DNA of 64,000 bases from an uncultured virus (IMG/VR IMGVR_UViG_3300034106_002919) (taxonomy: Duplodnaviria; Heunggongvirae; Uroviricota; Caudoviricetes), in IMG/VR virus record IMGVR_UViG_3300034106_002919; one strand, given 5' to 3'. The position numbers and the translations under genes were made by a program. Within the stretch, counting starts at the first letter, position 1. Each line of letters begins with the position of its first letter. This document shows, piece after piece, positions 36,311 to 47,153 of the stretch. Below the pieces are notes generated by a model. That model made no database searches and was not told where the DNA came from. It saw nothing but the letters and a program-made list of their open reading frames with translations.

Positions 36311-36627
36311 AGGGCGATGGCTCAGGAGAAGGTACTCCTTGGGAAGACCTCGCCCTTCTAAAATACGAAGCTGAAATATTTGTAAAAATAGGCGCTTGGC
36401 AAAGCATAGAAGAACTTGAGAGCAAGATCTGTCTAGAAGAACTGTTTTTACTTTATAGAGCATGCGGTAATGAAACTTCACAACAAGTTAAAATCAGTGC
36501 TCTTGCTTGGGGTGCTGATGTTGACTTTAGTGATGATTGGTATGACCCAGTAGAAGTTGAACCTGACTATATTACTGGAGACAACATTAAGTATGTTCCA
36601 ATTGGTCTTGGGTATGAAGCTCAATAA
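36298..36627 (+). CDS. tail assembly chaperone -1 frameshift extension (GT)
   Basis: slippery C CCA AAC at 36298-36304; -1 frame open to TAA at 36627 (KLVKGDGSGEGTPWEDLALLKYEAEIF...LGYEAQ). Confidence 0.85.
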   Translation, partial: PKLVKGDGSGEGTPWEDLALLKYEAEIFVKIGAWQSIEELESKICLEELFLLYRACGNETSQQVKISALAWGADVDFSDDWYDPVEVEPDYITGDNIKYVPIGLGYEAQ

Positions 36628-36674
36628 ATTGCTTTATTTAAAGAATAATGCAATAATTAACCTGGTATTACTCT

Positions 36675-39600
36675 ATGGCTACAACTAAAATTGACATACT
36701 TGTAGACGTTCTGGGCACACAGAGCATTAGGGACTTGTCAATAGGGTTAAGAAACCTTGTTGGACAAGTTAATGGCGTATCTGCTTCTACAAGGGCGCTT
36801 GATGCTCGCCAAAGGGCGCTTAATATTGCTATGGGTAGTGCTTCCTCTGAAACTGGAAAGCATGCAAAAACAGTATCAGAATTAACAAGAAATCAATCAG
36901 CGCTTTCTGGTGAAATTAGTAAAGTAAATAATGATTTAAAACTTTTAAATGCTACATACAAAGCTGGTCTAATTAATGCTAAAAACTATAAATCAGCAAG
37001 TCAAGATTTATCAACATATGGTAATGCACTAAAAGGAATTAAATTAAGAGCATTTTCCTCAGACCTTCAGTCTGTTGGTCAAAATATTAAGCGTCTTGGT
37101 AAAGACGCTCAGTTTACAGGCAGAAGCCTTATTATTGGTTTAACAACGCCAATGCTTGTTTTTGGAAGAACAGCTTTGTATTCAATAATGGCCGTTGACA
37201 GAGAAACTGTAAGACTTACAAAGTTGCTTGAAAATAGTGCAATGAACTTGGATCAAGCATATGTAAAACTTGGAACAACTACAGGCGAAATTGCAACAAA
37301 ACTTCAATCAACCAATCAACAAGAAATTGAAAGTGCAAAAATTCTACAAGAAAGAGCTGACGCGATGCTTGAATCTTATAGAAAATTAAATGCAGAAATT
37401 CAAAGACAATCTTTATACTTTGGTGTAGCACAAGAACTCGTAACAGCAGTTGCTGGAGACTTTGCAGAATTAGGTTTTGCTGCTAATGAAAGTGTTACGC
37501 AACTAGCAGAACTAACTTTCAGAATGGAAAAACTAGGCAGTCTAGATACTTCTGCAAGTCAACAGTTTGTACAGTCGGTTTTCCAGCAAACTGCAAGAGT
37601 TGCTGATGCTTCTGGAAGACAATTTGAGTCAGCAGCTGAAAGAGAGGAAGTCATAATCGGTGCAGTTACTGCTCAATTAGCAATGTTCAACACAGTTGAA
37701 AACGTAACAGCATTATCTCTAAGAGATCTAGCAGACGCATTCCCCGAAATGTCAGCTGCCGCTACATCCTTTGGTTTGTCAATGACTGAAGCCGCTGCAT
37801 TGCTTGCGCCTATGAAGGCTGCTGGTTTTGAAATCGGTGCATCTGCAAACTCTATTAAAGTTTCTTTGCAAAGACTTGTTGCACCAACAAAAGCCAACCT
37901 TGACTTAATTAATCAACTTGCAGATAGTTATGCAAAAGATCTTGGAGTAGACGCTGTAAAGCACTTTGAAGAAGTAAAAGGTGCTGGAATTGACTCACTA
38001 CAATCATTAGTTGATATGTTTATTGCTCTTGATGACAATGGTAAAAATACTCAAGCAACAATGGAATTTTTTGCAAAGATTTTTGGTGTTAGACAAGGAC
38101 CAAGAATGGAGAGATCAATTGCAGAACTTGCAATGTTCCAACAAAGACTAACTGGAATAAACTCTGGCGCTGGAAATACTGAAGCAAAAGTAAGGGAAGT
38201 TTTTAATACTGCATACCAAGAAGCACAAAAAGCAAACGGTGGTTCAATACAGCTAGTCAATACAATTGAAGATATAGGTATTGCAGCAAGAATTGCAACA
38301 GCCCAAGTAGGCCAAACTATTGAAGGATTTGGGAAAGTAACAAAAGCAGATATTGAAAATGCAAAAGATGCAAGACAAGGTTTAGCTGACTTTATTAAAG
38401 AAAGAAGCATGGCTGGTGAAGATGTTTTTGCTGGAATTACCACTCAGGCTGGAAAAGTATTGGTTACGCAAATGGCTGGTGCTGCAAGCGCAATGGATAT
38501 TGCTGATAAAGAATTAAAACAGGTTCTTGGATCTCTATCTGTACAGTTTGATAGGTTAAGAGTTGCTTTTAAAATTACAGCAAAAGATTTAATTGAACAA
38601 TTTAGACCAGCAATAGAAAAAATTATTGATAGTTTAATAAAGTTTATGGATGCTATAAGAAACATGGATCCAGCCGCTAAGAAGTTTATTGGTATCTTAG
38701 CAATTGCTGCTGCATCAATTGGTCCTCTTGTTTTCGCCTTTGGTCAGGTAAAACTTGCTGGTGGTGTGATACTTGAAACTTTTGCAAGATTCTTGCCAGG
38801 TTTAAGAAACCTTAGCATAGAATCAGTAGCTGCCGCTGGACAATTACGATTTCTTAGAAAACCATTAGTTATGGTTGGTAATACTGTATCAACAGATAGC
38901 GGTAAGTTTTCTATTTTTATTGCAAAACTTGCAAGTATGGAAAATCCTGTTGGAAGGCTCGTTAGAAAATTTGGTCAATTAAGCGGTGTTCTTAGACAAA
39001 CATCAACTGCATCAAAAGAAGTTCAAACGGCATTAAGTCAAATAGGTCCAGTAACAAGAGGAAGTCAAGCAGTTCAGGCAACCCCAGGGTTTTTAGGAAC
39101 CCCTCAGTTTGATAGATCAGTAGAAAATAAAACAAAAACTTTATTTAGACAGCAACATGGTTTAACAACATCTCAATATCAAAAGACAATGGCAACAATG
39201 CCTCAGTATCAAGTTACACCTGGCGGTGGATTTGTTGGTAAAACTCCATCTGGTAAATTCACAAAACTTTCAGCAATCCAAAAAAGAGCACTAAAAGTTG
39301 CTCTAAATCAAGACGATTTTGACTCTGTACTTAATAATATAAAACAACAAGCAATTGTACAAGTTTCTGATGACTATTCAAAGAAAGTTGCTCAAAACTT
39401 AAAAGCTCAAACTCCTACTAAAACTCCAGTAACAAATCTTGCAACTGCAAAAACAAGAGTTGGAGAAAATATTGTAAGTGCTAAAACAAAAGTTACAGAT
39501 ATGGGGACAAAAGCCTTTACTAAAGCAAAAGATGTTGGTTCAAAAGTATTAAATCCAATGGTTTCAATTGGTAAAAAAGCTGGAGATGCTTTAATGCATC

Positions 39601-42350
39601 CAGTTAAAAGTCTTAAAATGATGGGTGGAGCGATTCTCCATCCAATACAGTCTCTTCAAGCATTTTCTAGCATGATAATGCACTCTACAAAAGTCTTTAA
39701 CGTACTGAAGTTTGCAATTATTAGTTCTGGAATTGGCCTTGTTCTACTTGCTGTTGCTGCTGTTGTGATGATTGTGATGAAAAACTTTGATAAGTTTAAG
39801 AAAGCAATTGAACCAGCAATTAAAGCATTTAAAGATACTTTCAATATTCTTAAAGAAGCATTAATGTCAATAATTCAGCCATTCCTTGACTTTATTGCTG
39901 GATTTATCTCTGGATCAGACAAGGCTGGCGGTGCAGTAAATGGAATTGCTGCTGTTATTAACTTCCTTGCTAAACTTATCAAGGGTGTAGCAAGTGTTAT
40001 TGCATTCTTAATGAGGAATGTTGTTGCCAAGGCCATAGGCTTCATATTAAAACCAATAGCAGCACTTATTAGAGGAATTGCTAATTTTGTAGGCGGATTT
40101 ATAAAAATCTTCAAGGGAGACTTTATGGCTGGCATAAAGCAAGTCCTTACTGGAATCGGACAAGCAATTATTGGTCTTATGGGACCATTTGCCCATGTCT
40201 TTAGATTTATTGTTCTAGGGTTCTTGCAGGTTGCTAAAGCAGCAGCATGGGTAACAAGTTGGATCCCAGGAGTAAAAAGTCTAACCAAGGGGGCTGTTAG
40301 CGCTCTTGAAGGAATTCTTGGATTTATTGATGACGCTATGAAAGGTGGTGATGGTGAAAAATTAGTAGAATCAGCAACTGATGGAGCTGAAGAGGATGCT
40401 AAAGATAAAGGTGAAATTATTGGAGATGCTTTAGGTGAGGGCATTGAAGAGGGAGTAGGTGGTAGCGCAGGTTCAGTAGGCCAAGCTCTCAGAGATATGC
40501 TGCAGGAATTTGTTGACAAAACTCTTGATTATGTTGCTGAAAATGTCAAAGACTACACAGGTCAACTCACGCAAGCACTACAGGATCAAAAAGAAGCTGC
40601 TCTTAAGGTATTTGATGATCAAATTAAAACAATAGATGCTCTTGAAAAAGCAGAGGAATCTCTCACAAGAACAAAAGAATACGAACTTAAAAGAAGAGAG
40701 ATGCTTGATGAAAGAGAACTTAATAGACAAAATTATGTTCGCAATCGCGCTTTGGCTATTTATGAAGGTCGTATTGATGATGCAAGAATGCTTGATCTGG
40801 AGGAGCAAAAAGCAAAGATTGAATCTGCAAAATCAGTATCAGACCTAGATACTAAGAGAGCAGAGGATCTTGCAAAAGAAAATAGAGATGCTATTCGTGA
40901 AGCAATTAAGGAAGCAAAAGAGGCTGCTTCAGAATACTACGACTCAGTAATTGAAGACTTCCAGAAAGCAGCAGAAAAAATTACTGAATTCCCTCCAAAT
41001 ACAATTGATGAGTTTAATAACCAATTAAATCAACTGCTAAATGCTGCTAAGGGAGTTGCAGCCGACAGTAAAGCAGAATTTGCAAATATGATGACAGAAT
41101 TGGCAACTAAAATCACTACTGGTCTTCCAAATGAAGCAGTAGGTGCTTTTACTACAAGTCTTGATCAACTTGTAAATACGGCGGTTGATAAATATGGACT
41201 TGGAACTAATGCAAAAGATAATACAACAGTAATTGGTGCAACTATAGGAATGCTTAATGCAATTCCTACACAAATTAATTCTGGTCAATGGTCACAGCAA
41301 GCAAAAGATCTTTTTGGTAAAAAACTAGATTTACTTCCTGGCCAAATGAAGAGAATTGGAAATATTATGCTTGGTGGAAAAGAACAACCAGGTTCCCTTA
41401 GAAATATATTCTCTAGATTAAGAGATATCCTAAGAAATAATAATCCATTCCTTGTTTGGGTGAATGCAATGGATAGAGCTAATAAATCTATTCAGCACGC
41501 AATGGAAAGAACTGTTGGTCATATTTTAAGCAAGGTTCAAACCCTTGCTGCTGGACTTTCACCACTGCTTGCTGGCATTGCTTCAGAAATGGATAACGCT
41601 GCTAACTCTGGAGGAGGGGGAGGAGGCTCTGGTGGTGGAACAGCACCAACAGTAAGCAGTGGTCAGTCAAAGCATTTAATGAGTGATTTTAAGCCAATGC
41701 CTTTTAACCCAATGCCTTATCTCCCAATGCCTAATAACCCAATAGGTAACCCAATAGGAAGCACCACAGGTTTTAAACCACCCGTAGCAATGCCTTATCT
41801 TAAACCAAAGCCTGTTGAAACAATTTCTTTATCTAACCCAATGCCTAGTAACCCAATGCCTAAGAACCCAATGCCTAGTAACCCAATGCCTAGTAACCCA
41901 ATGCCTAGTAACCCAATGCCTAAGAACCCAATGCCTAGTAACCCAATGCCTGTTAACACAATAAAGCCATATAATCCTCCAAAATATACATTTAAAAAAG
42001 CAAATGGTGGATATATAAATGCTTTCAGTTCTCAATCTATTCCAACACTTTTGCATGGTGGTGAATATGTTGTTAGTTCTAAAGCAGTTAGAAATATTGG
42101 GTTAGCAACTCTTGAAAGTCTAAATTCAATTAGAAATGCAAATACTTCTTCAATAAAGTCAGCAAATGGAACTGAATCTTATTCTGAGCAAAATATTAAC
42201 ATATGTGTTGACAATTTTATTGGCGAAAGAGAATGGTTTGAATCAATGATGAAGGAATACAATATCAAAGTTGTACCCAATAATCAAAGAGCCGCTGGTA
42301 CAAATAAAAGGGTTGTTAGAACTTACAATGGTATTAATAGAGGTATGTAA
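36675..42350 (+). CDS. tape measure protein
   Basis: 1891 aa helical, Ala-rich with hydrophobic repeats; follows the chaperones. Confidence 0.93.
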   Translation: MATTKIDILVDVLGTQSIRDLSIGLRNLVGQVNGVSASTRALDARQRALNIAMGSASSETGKHAKTVSELTRNQSALSGEISKVNNDLKLLNATYKAGLINAKNYKSASQDLSTYGNALKGIKLRAFSSDLQSVGQNIKRLGKDAQFTGRSLIIGLTTPMLVFGRTALYSIMAVDRETVRLTKLLENSAMNLDQAYVKLGTTTGEIATKLQSTNQQEIESAKILQERADAMLESYRKLNAEIQRQSLYFGVAQELVTAVAGDFAELGFAANESVTQLAELTFRMEKLGSLDTSASQQFVQSVFQQTARVADASGRQFESAAEREEVIIGAVTAQLAMFNTVENVTALSLRDLADAFPEMSAAATSFGLSMTEAAALLAPMKAAGFEIGASANSIKVSLQRLVAPTKANLDLINQLADSYAKDLGVDAVKHFEEVKGAGIDSLQSLVDMFIALDDNGKNTQATMEFFAKIFGVRQGPRMERSIAELAMFQQRLTGINSGAGNTEAKVREVFNTAYQEAQKANGGSIQLVNTIEDIGIAARIATAQVGQTIEGFGKVTKADIENAKDARQGLADFIKERSMAGEDVFAGITTQAGKVLVTQMAGAASAMDIADKELKQVLGSLSVQFDRLRVAFKITAKDLIEQFRPAIEKIIDSLIKFMDAIRNMDPAAKKFIGILAIAAASIGPLVFAFGQVKLAGGVILETFARFLPGLRNLSIESVAAAGQLRFLRKPLVMVGNTVSTDSGKFSIFIAKLASMENPVGRLVRKFGQLSGVLRQTSTASKEVQTALSQIGPVTRGSQAVQATPGFLGTPQFDRSVENKTKTLFRQQHGLTTSQYQKTMATMPQYQVTPGGGFVGKTPSGKFTKLSAIQKRALKVALNQDDFDSVLNNIKQQAIVQVSDDYSKKVAQNLKAQTPTKTPVTNLATAKTRVGENIVSAKTKVTDMGTKAFTKAKDVGSKVLNPMVSIGKKAGDALMHPVKSLKMMGGAILHPIQSLQAFSSMIMHSTKVFNVLKFAIISSGIGLVLLAVAAVVMIVMKNFDKFKKAIEPAIKAFKDTFNILKEALMSIIQPFLDFIAGFISGSDKAGGAVNGIAAVINFLAKLIKGVASVIAFLMRNVVAKAIGFILKPIAALIRGIANFVGGFIKIFKGDFMAGIKQVLTGIGQAIIGLMGPFAHVFRFIVLGFLQVAKAAAWVTSWIPGVKSLTKGAVSALEGILGFIDDAMKGGDGEKLVESATDGAEEDAKDKGEIIGDALGEGIEEGVGGSAGSVGQALRDMLQEFVDKTLDYVAENVKDYTGQLTQALQDQKEAALKVFDDQIKTIDALEKAEESLTRTKEYELKRREMLDERELNRQNYVRNRALAIYEGRIDDARMLDLEEQKAKIESAKSVSDLDTKRAEDLAKENRDAIREAIKEAKEAASEYYDSVIEDFQKAAEKITEFPPNTIDEFNNQLNQLLNAAKGVAADSKAEFANMMTELATKITTGLPNEAVGAFTTSLDQLVNTAVDKYGLGTNAKDNTTVIGATIGMLNAIPTQINSGQWSQQAKDLFGKKLDLLPGQMKRIGNIMLGGKEQPGSLRNIFSRLRDILRNNNPFLVWVNAMDRANKSIQHAMERTVGHILSKVQTLAAGLSPLLAGIASEMDNAANSGGGGGGSGGGTAPTVSSGQSKHLMSDFKPMPFNPMPYLPMPNNPIGNPIGSTTGFKPPVAMPYLKPKPVETISLSNPMPSNPMPKNPMPSNPMPSNPMPSNPMPKNPMPSNPMPVNTIKPYNPPKYTFKKANGGYINAFSSQSIPTLLHGGEYVVSSKAVRNIGLATLESLNSIRNANTSSIKSANGTESYSEQNINICVDNFIGEREWFESMMKEYNIKVVPNNQRAAGTNKRVVRTYNGINRGM
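41835..41954 (+). repeat. 15-bp coding tandem repeat x8 (NPMPS/K)
   Basis: aacccaatgcct(agt/aag/gtt) x8. Confidence 0.95.
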
Positions 42351-42769
42351 TGGCTGTCATAGATAACCAACTTACAGATCTAGTAAATATAATCTCAATA
42401 AATGGAACAGAAATTACAGAACATGGAAGAACACTATCCTCAGACTACGCAATTAACTCTAGTGTAGTAGAACTTTCAAGAGGCCTGACTAAAAAGTACT
42501 TTAAGAAATCAAAAAGAAGTTTTGCATTTACATATACCCTTCTTCCAGAATCAACAGATCATACAATTGATGGCAGAGCTGGCAGAAATTTTTTAAGAAC
42601 TCTTGTTGAAGCAAAACAATCTGCAACATTAGTTATTAAAGACACATCTAATTCTTATACTTATAATACAAGTGTTTTTGTAACTTCATATAATGAAGAT
42701 CTTGTTAGAAGGGATTTTGAACAAGGCTACGCTTTTTATAATGTAACAATTGTTTTTGAGGAATTATAA
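42350..42769 (+). CDS. minor tail protein (distal-tail-like)
   Basis: TEHGRT, T.DGR.GR, YNE.L.RRD shared with the next gene. Confidence 0.75.
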   Translation: MAVIDNQLTDLVNIISINGTEITEHGRTLSSDYAINSSVVELSRGLTKKYFKKSKRSFAFTYTLLPESTDHTIDGRAGRNFLRTLVEAKQSATLVIKDTSNSYTYNTSVFVTSYNEDLVRRDFEQGYAFYNVTIVFEEL

Positions 42770-43269
42770 TGGCAACTGTAACAGGATCTGCTTCATTAGC
42801 AATCACAAGTCTTTCAACTTGCAATAATGTACTTAAACTTGTAGGTGGAACAACGATGTATAACGAGCCTAGAGCTTTGATTATCGTAAACAATAAACCA
42901 CTTACAGACCACGGTAGAACAATTCAAATTGGTTACAATTTTTCAGTAACTGAAAATACAAACTGGAATGGTACAAGATCAAGGTATTTTAGAAGGGCAT
43001 CTTCTTCTGGAAAAAATTCTTGGTCAATATCTTGGAGAATGGTTCCAGGAACAAAAAGAGACACAGCAGATGGTAGATACGGTAGAGATTACTTCAAAGA
43101 GCTGGCTTCAGGCGAAGATGTTTATACCCTAAAATTAATTAAAGTACAAGATGGAACATATTCAACTCACACCGTATTTGTTGAGGCTTATAATGAAAAT
43201 CTAATTAGAAGAGACTTAATAAATAATGTATACTATTGGGACTGTTCTATTGTTTTTAATGAGGCATAA
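42769..43269 (+). CDS. minor tail protein (paralog of the preceding gene)
   Basis: TDHGRT, TADGRYGR, YNENLIRRD. Confidence 0.75.
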   Translation: MATVTGSASLAITSLSTCNNVLKLVGGTTMYNEPRALIIVNNKPLTDHGRTIQIGYNFSVTENTNWNGTRSRYFRRASSSGKNSWSISWRMVPGTKRDTADGRYGRDYFKELASGEDVYTLKLIKVQDGTYSTHTVFVEAYNENLIRRDLINNVYYWDCSIVFNEA

Positions 43270-46200
43270 TGTTAACTACTGATATTTATGGCAAAACTTT
43301 ATCTAACTCTTTTAATACTGCCATAACTTCCTATGCCCAAAAAGTAAAGCCAAGAATTATTATAGATTTTTTGGATTTAAGACATTTAGATAATCTATCT
43401 GTTACAACAAACGACCCTCACTCAAATACTGCAAAAGGTAGCATTGGATATTATTTTTCAAAAGATCAGGTTGGAAATGGTCTTGAAAGACAGACCTTTA
43501 CTTGGGCAGTATGCAATGCAAAAGATAAATATGGTGATGTAATTAAGTCAGACGGAACATATTTTGCTATGCCATCTTCTTTGGATAATAACTTAGAATA
43601 TGGCTGGTGGTCTGGAACAAAGAGTCAAGCAAATACAGATCCTACATATACTGATTATTATGGGTTTGCTACAGACCCATATGTTGAAATGACATTTGAT
43701 GAAAGAAAAGTTAATAAAATTGTCATCAACACAGCAGAGTTTCATGGCCAAATTAAAAATTATAGACTTGAAGTTTTTAATGGTGCTACATCAATCTTAG
43801 ACGAAACTGGTTTGATAGAAGACGGTACTTATTTTAAAGAACATCTTATTGAAACCGCTGCTGCAAAAGCTGCTAGTTACGCAACAACTAAAATCAAAGT
43901 AACTGTATACACAACTAAAAACCCTACAGATTATGCAAGAATTCATTCAATAGTTCCTCTTTATCAAGTAGATATTACAGATTATGTTATTAACTATTCA
44001 ATATCTCGTACTAGAGATCTACATGAAACAAACTTGCCAATTGGAGGTTCAAGTTCTTCTAAACTTTCTGTTTCTTTAGATAATACAAGCAAAGACTTTT
44101 CAAGGTTTAGTGCTGGTTCTGAGTATGGTCCGTATATGTATAAAGATCTTAAGGTTCATGTTTCAACTGGATGGCAGATTAAAAGAAGTGATGACATTAT
44201 TTCAAACACCGCACTATCTGCAAATATAAGTAATTCATCAACAACAATTAATGTCTATGATGCAGACATATTTCCAGACGGTGGTGCTGGAAATGAGTTT
44301 ACAATTAAAATTGATGCTGGAACCCAGAGCGAAGAAGTTATTTTATGTTCTGCTAAAGCAAGCGATAAAAGTCTTACCGCTTCACAGAGAGGTTATGCAA
44401 ATACGACAGCAGTAGCCCATTCAACAGATGCTATTGTAAGTTTTGATACATATGAGTATATATCTGGCGGTACATTTTATATTGATGACTGGAGCGCCTC
44501 ATCAGAAATGTCTGTAGGTTTTTCTGCCAATGACTGGTCAAAGTTCTTAACAGAAAAAACAATGGAAAGAGGATTCTTTCAACAAAACACAACTGTTGGA
44601 GACTCTATTGAAAATCTTCTAATGCATGCTGGTTTTCCAAAAGGTGACTATAACCAATTAAATTCATATTCTGACGGTATTAAAAAATTAAACCCAATTG
44701 CGAGTTGGTCGTTTAAAGAACCAACAATTGATAGATCTGGAAACGTAATTGTTCCATCAACTGGGTTTAGAGCAAGGTTCTGGGGGATGCCAGAAGGAAG
44801 AAGGCAGAATACAACTGTAGGAGACATTCTTGCAGATGCAATTGACAAAGTTCTAAGTCCATTAGACTTAGCACTTGGAGAAAAAGCTTTTACATCTCCA
44901 TCTTTTGTAACATTAAGTAAAAGTATTTCAAACTCAAATGCTGCTATCAACTTTCAATCTTATACTTTTACTGGAGCCGATGGTAATACTTATGGAAGTT
45001 TTTATAATGGTGTTATGGATGGCTATTATGTTCCAATTAAACACGATGCCTCTGGAGAAGATTTTGTAATAACTGTAAGAAGGGGAGCTGTAAGGCTATA
45101 TCTTGATGATACTCTTGTAATTGATTCATGGAAAAGGAATATCATATCAACAACAGTAACATCTTATGAAACTTTAGGAAGACACCTTAATTTAACACCA
45201 GGTCAACCCTATAAAATTAGATTAGAGTTTGCTCACTATGCTTCAACATTTGATTTATCACTATCCATCAAATATATTGGTGCAAATACAACATCTTTGA
45301 TACCAGCAACTGATTGCTACACTATTGTCCCACTAGATTCAGTTGGATCTAAAGAAGAAAGTTATGATAAAGATGAAGATAACTTTAACCACTATAGAAA
45401 CAATGGTGTTTATGTTGGAACACCAACTCTAGGAATTGCTTCTGGAATTGTTGGTGAATCTGATAATAAGGCTGTAACATTATCTAACTCAGCGTATATT
45501 AGAATTCCATATGACGAAACTCTTGATTTTGCTAACTCAGTAAGTCCGCTATACACAAGTGAATGGACAATTGAGTTATATGTTAAGCCAACAGGAAGTC
45601 CATATAGCAGTACTGGTGAATACTTGAGCACATGGAATAACTCATCTCCAACATCTGGGTTTGAGTTCTACAGTAATTCATCTTCAAATGGTTTTAAAAT
45701 TATTGATAACGGTGGAACTAAAACTGTAAGCACAATAACTGCCCTATCAAACTCAGCATTTTCACATCTAGTTGTAACACATCAAGGTGGAAATATGAAG
45801 TATTACATCAATGGTGTAAAAGTTGATACGGAAGGTAGTATTTCTGGCGAGGTTTCTTGGGCTAATCGTGATATAACAATTGGAGGTCGTGGTGCATCAT
45901 TTACTGCAAATACTGGTGAAGTTGCACCTTCAACAATTAGAAGTCTTGATATTGATGAGTTTGCAATATATAAAAGAGAACTATCTCAAGAGGAGATTAG
46001 CGATAGATATACAGCAACTCAAATGCAACCCCTTGGTAAATTCCCATTCCTATACGGTGGTAACAGCACAATCAGAGAAATTATTGATGGCATAGCGATT
46101 GCAGATCTTGGAAGGCTTTACATTGATGAAGAAGATTATGCAAGATACGAACACTTCTACAGGTTCTATGAAAATACAATTGCTCAACATAGCCAAATAC

Positions 46201-47153
46201 AGTCAACATTTTCTGACTCTACCAATATTGTTTCTGGTGACTATAATGTTCAACTTCAAGCAAATAAGGTTGTTGTAAAGGTTGCTGGTCTTTCATCTGC
46301 CAAAATTGGAACACAGTCTTTATGGAGAGCACAAGATCCTACATCTTTAGCAGCTGTAACACTAACAGCAAATCTTACTGCAAATGCTACTAGTATGTAT
46401 GTAAATACAACAGACGATCCAGTATTTCCAACTTCTGGTTATATAAAAATTGATAGTGAAATTATAAAATATTCATCTAAGTCTTCTTCTGAGTTTTTGA
46501 ATCTTGAAAGAGGCGCTTTAGATACAACAGCAGCAACACATACCGCTAATGCTCTTGTTAGAGAGGTTAAGTACTTTGATGCTCAGTATGACAAAGCCCC
46601 AGCTTTTAATGTTAAGAATCCTTTGATTTCTGAGATTGACAACCAAGAACCAGACTTAATTGAAATTCATAAGTTTGAGGCTCAAGCATATAGTGCCAAT
46701 TTAATTGTTGCTGCTTCAAACAATGTTAATTCTGGTGAAATTGTTTTCTTAGAAGGAACCAATCCTTTAACAGACAAAGTTGCATATGCTGCTATCGCTG
46801 GTATTCCAGTTATAACTACAGAACAAAATAGTCAAGTTATGGAGCAATCAGAAGCCTTGACGGAAAATATTAGAAAGTACGGTTTAAAGGAAGTTGTTAT
46901 AGATAGCCCATACATTACAGATGCTGTTCAGGCCCAGAAATTGGCTACTTTTATCATAAATAAAATGCAAGATCCAGTTCCGATTATTACTATAAATACA
47001 CTTGCAATGCCAAAAATACAACTTGGTGATAGAATTAGAATATCGTCTTTTGATGCACTAGACATTACTGACGTTGACTATTGGGTTGTATCTCACGATA
47101 TGAATGTTGGAGATACATTGACTCACTCAATAACTCTAAGGAAGGCTTCATAA
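43269..47153 (+). CDS. large minor tail / hub protein with PA14 and LamG-like domains
   Basis: VRLYLDD..VID.W...YKIRLEF (PA14); WTIE..VK, SHLVVT, YYINGV, IDEFAIY...LS (LamG). Confidence 0.85.
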   Translation: MLTTDIYGKTLSNSFNTAITSYAQKVKPRIIIDFLDLRHLDNLSVTTNDPHSNTAKGSIGYYFSKDQVGNGLERQTFTWAVCNAKDKYGDVIKSDGTYFAMPSSLDNNLEYGWWSGTKSQANTDPTYTDYYGFATDPYVEMTFDERKVNKIVINTAEFHGQIKNYRLEVFNGATSILDETGLIEDGTYFKEHLIETAAAKAASYATTKIKVTVYTTKNPTDYARIHSIVPLYQVDITDYVINYSISRTRDLHETNLPIGGSSSSKLSVSLDNTSKDFSRFSAGSEYGPYMYKDLKVHVSTGWQIKRSDDIISNTALSANISNSSTTINVYDADIFPDGGAGNEFTIKIDAGTQSEEVILCSAKASDKSLTASQRGYANTTAVAHSTDAIVSFDTYEYISGGTFYIDDWSASSEMSVGFSANDWSKFLTEKTMERGFFQQNTTVGDSIENLLMHAGFPKGDYNQLNSYSDGIKKLNPIASWSFKEPTIDRSGNVIVPSTGFRARFWGMPEGRRQNTTVGDILADAIDKVLSPLDLALGEKAFTSPSFVTLSKSISNSNAAINFQSYTFTGADGNTYGSFYNGVMDGYYVPIKHDASGEDFVITVRRGAVRLYLDDTLVIDSWKRNIISTTVTSYETLGRHLNLTPGQPYKIRLEFAHYASTFDLSLSIKYIGANTTSLIPATDCYTIVPLDSVGSKEESYDKDEDNFNHYRNNGVYVGTPTLGIASGIVGESDNKAVTLSNSAYIRIPYDETLDFANSVSPLYTSEWTIELYVKPTGSPYSSTGEYLSTWNNSSPTSGFEFYSNSSSNGFKIIDNGGTKTVSTITALSNSAFSHLVVTHQGGNMKYYINGVKVDTEGSISGEVSWANRDITIGGRGASFTANTGEVAPSTIRSLDIDEFAIYKRELSQEEISDRYTATQMQPLGKFPFLYGGNSTIREIIDGIAIADLGRLYIDEEDYARYEHFYRFYENTIAQHSQIQSTFSDSTNIVSGDYNVQLQANKVVVKVAGLSSAKIGTQSLWRAQDPTSLAAVTLTANLTANATSMYVNTTDDPVFPTSGYIKIDSEIIKYSSKSSSEFLNLERGALDTTAATHTANALVREVKYFDAQYDKAPAFNVKNPLISEIDNQEPDLIEIHKFEAQAYSANLIVAASNNVNSGEIVFLEGTNPLTDKVAYAAIAGIPVITTEQNSQVMEQSEALTENIRKYGLKEVVIDSPYITDAVQAQKLATFIINKMQDPVPIITINTLAMPKIQLGDRIRISSFDALDITDVDYWVVSHDMNVGDTLTHSITLRKAS

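Noticed and set aside
37673..42056. Antisense ORFs in the tape measure gene (including the RHWVT repeat) and similar shadows of other long genes
   Set aside because: Shadow frames of well-supported genes.
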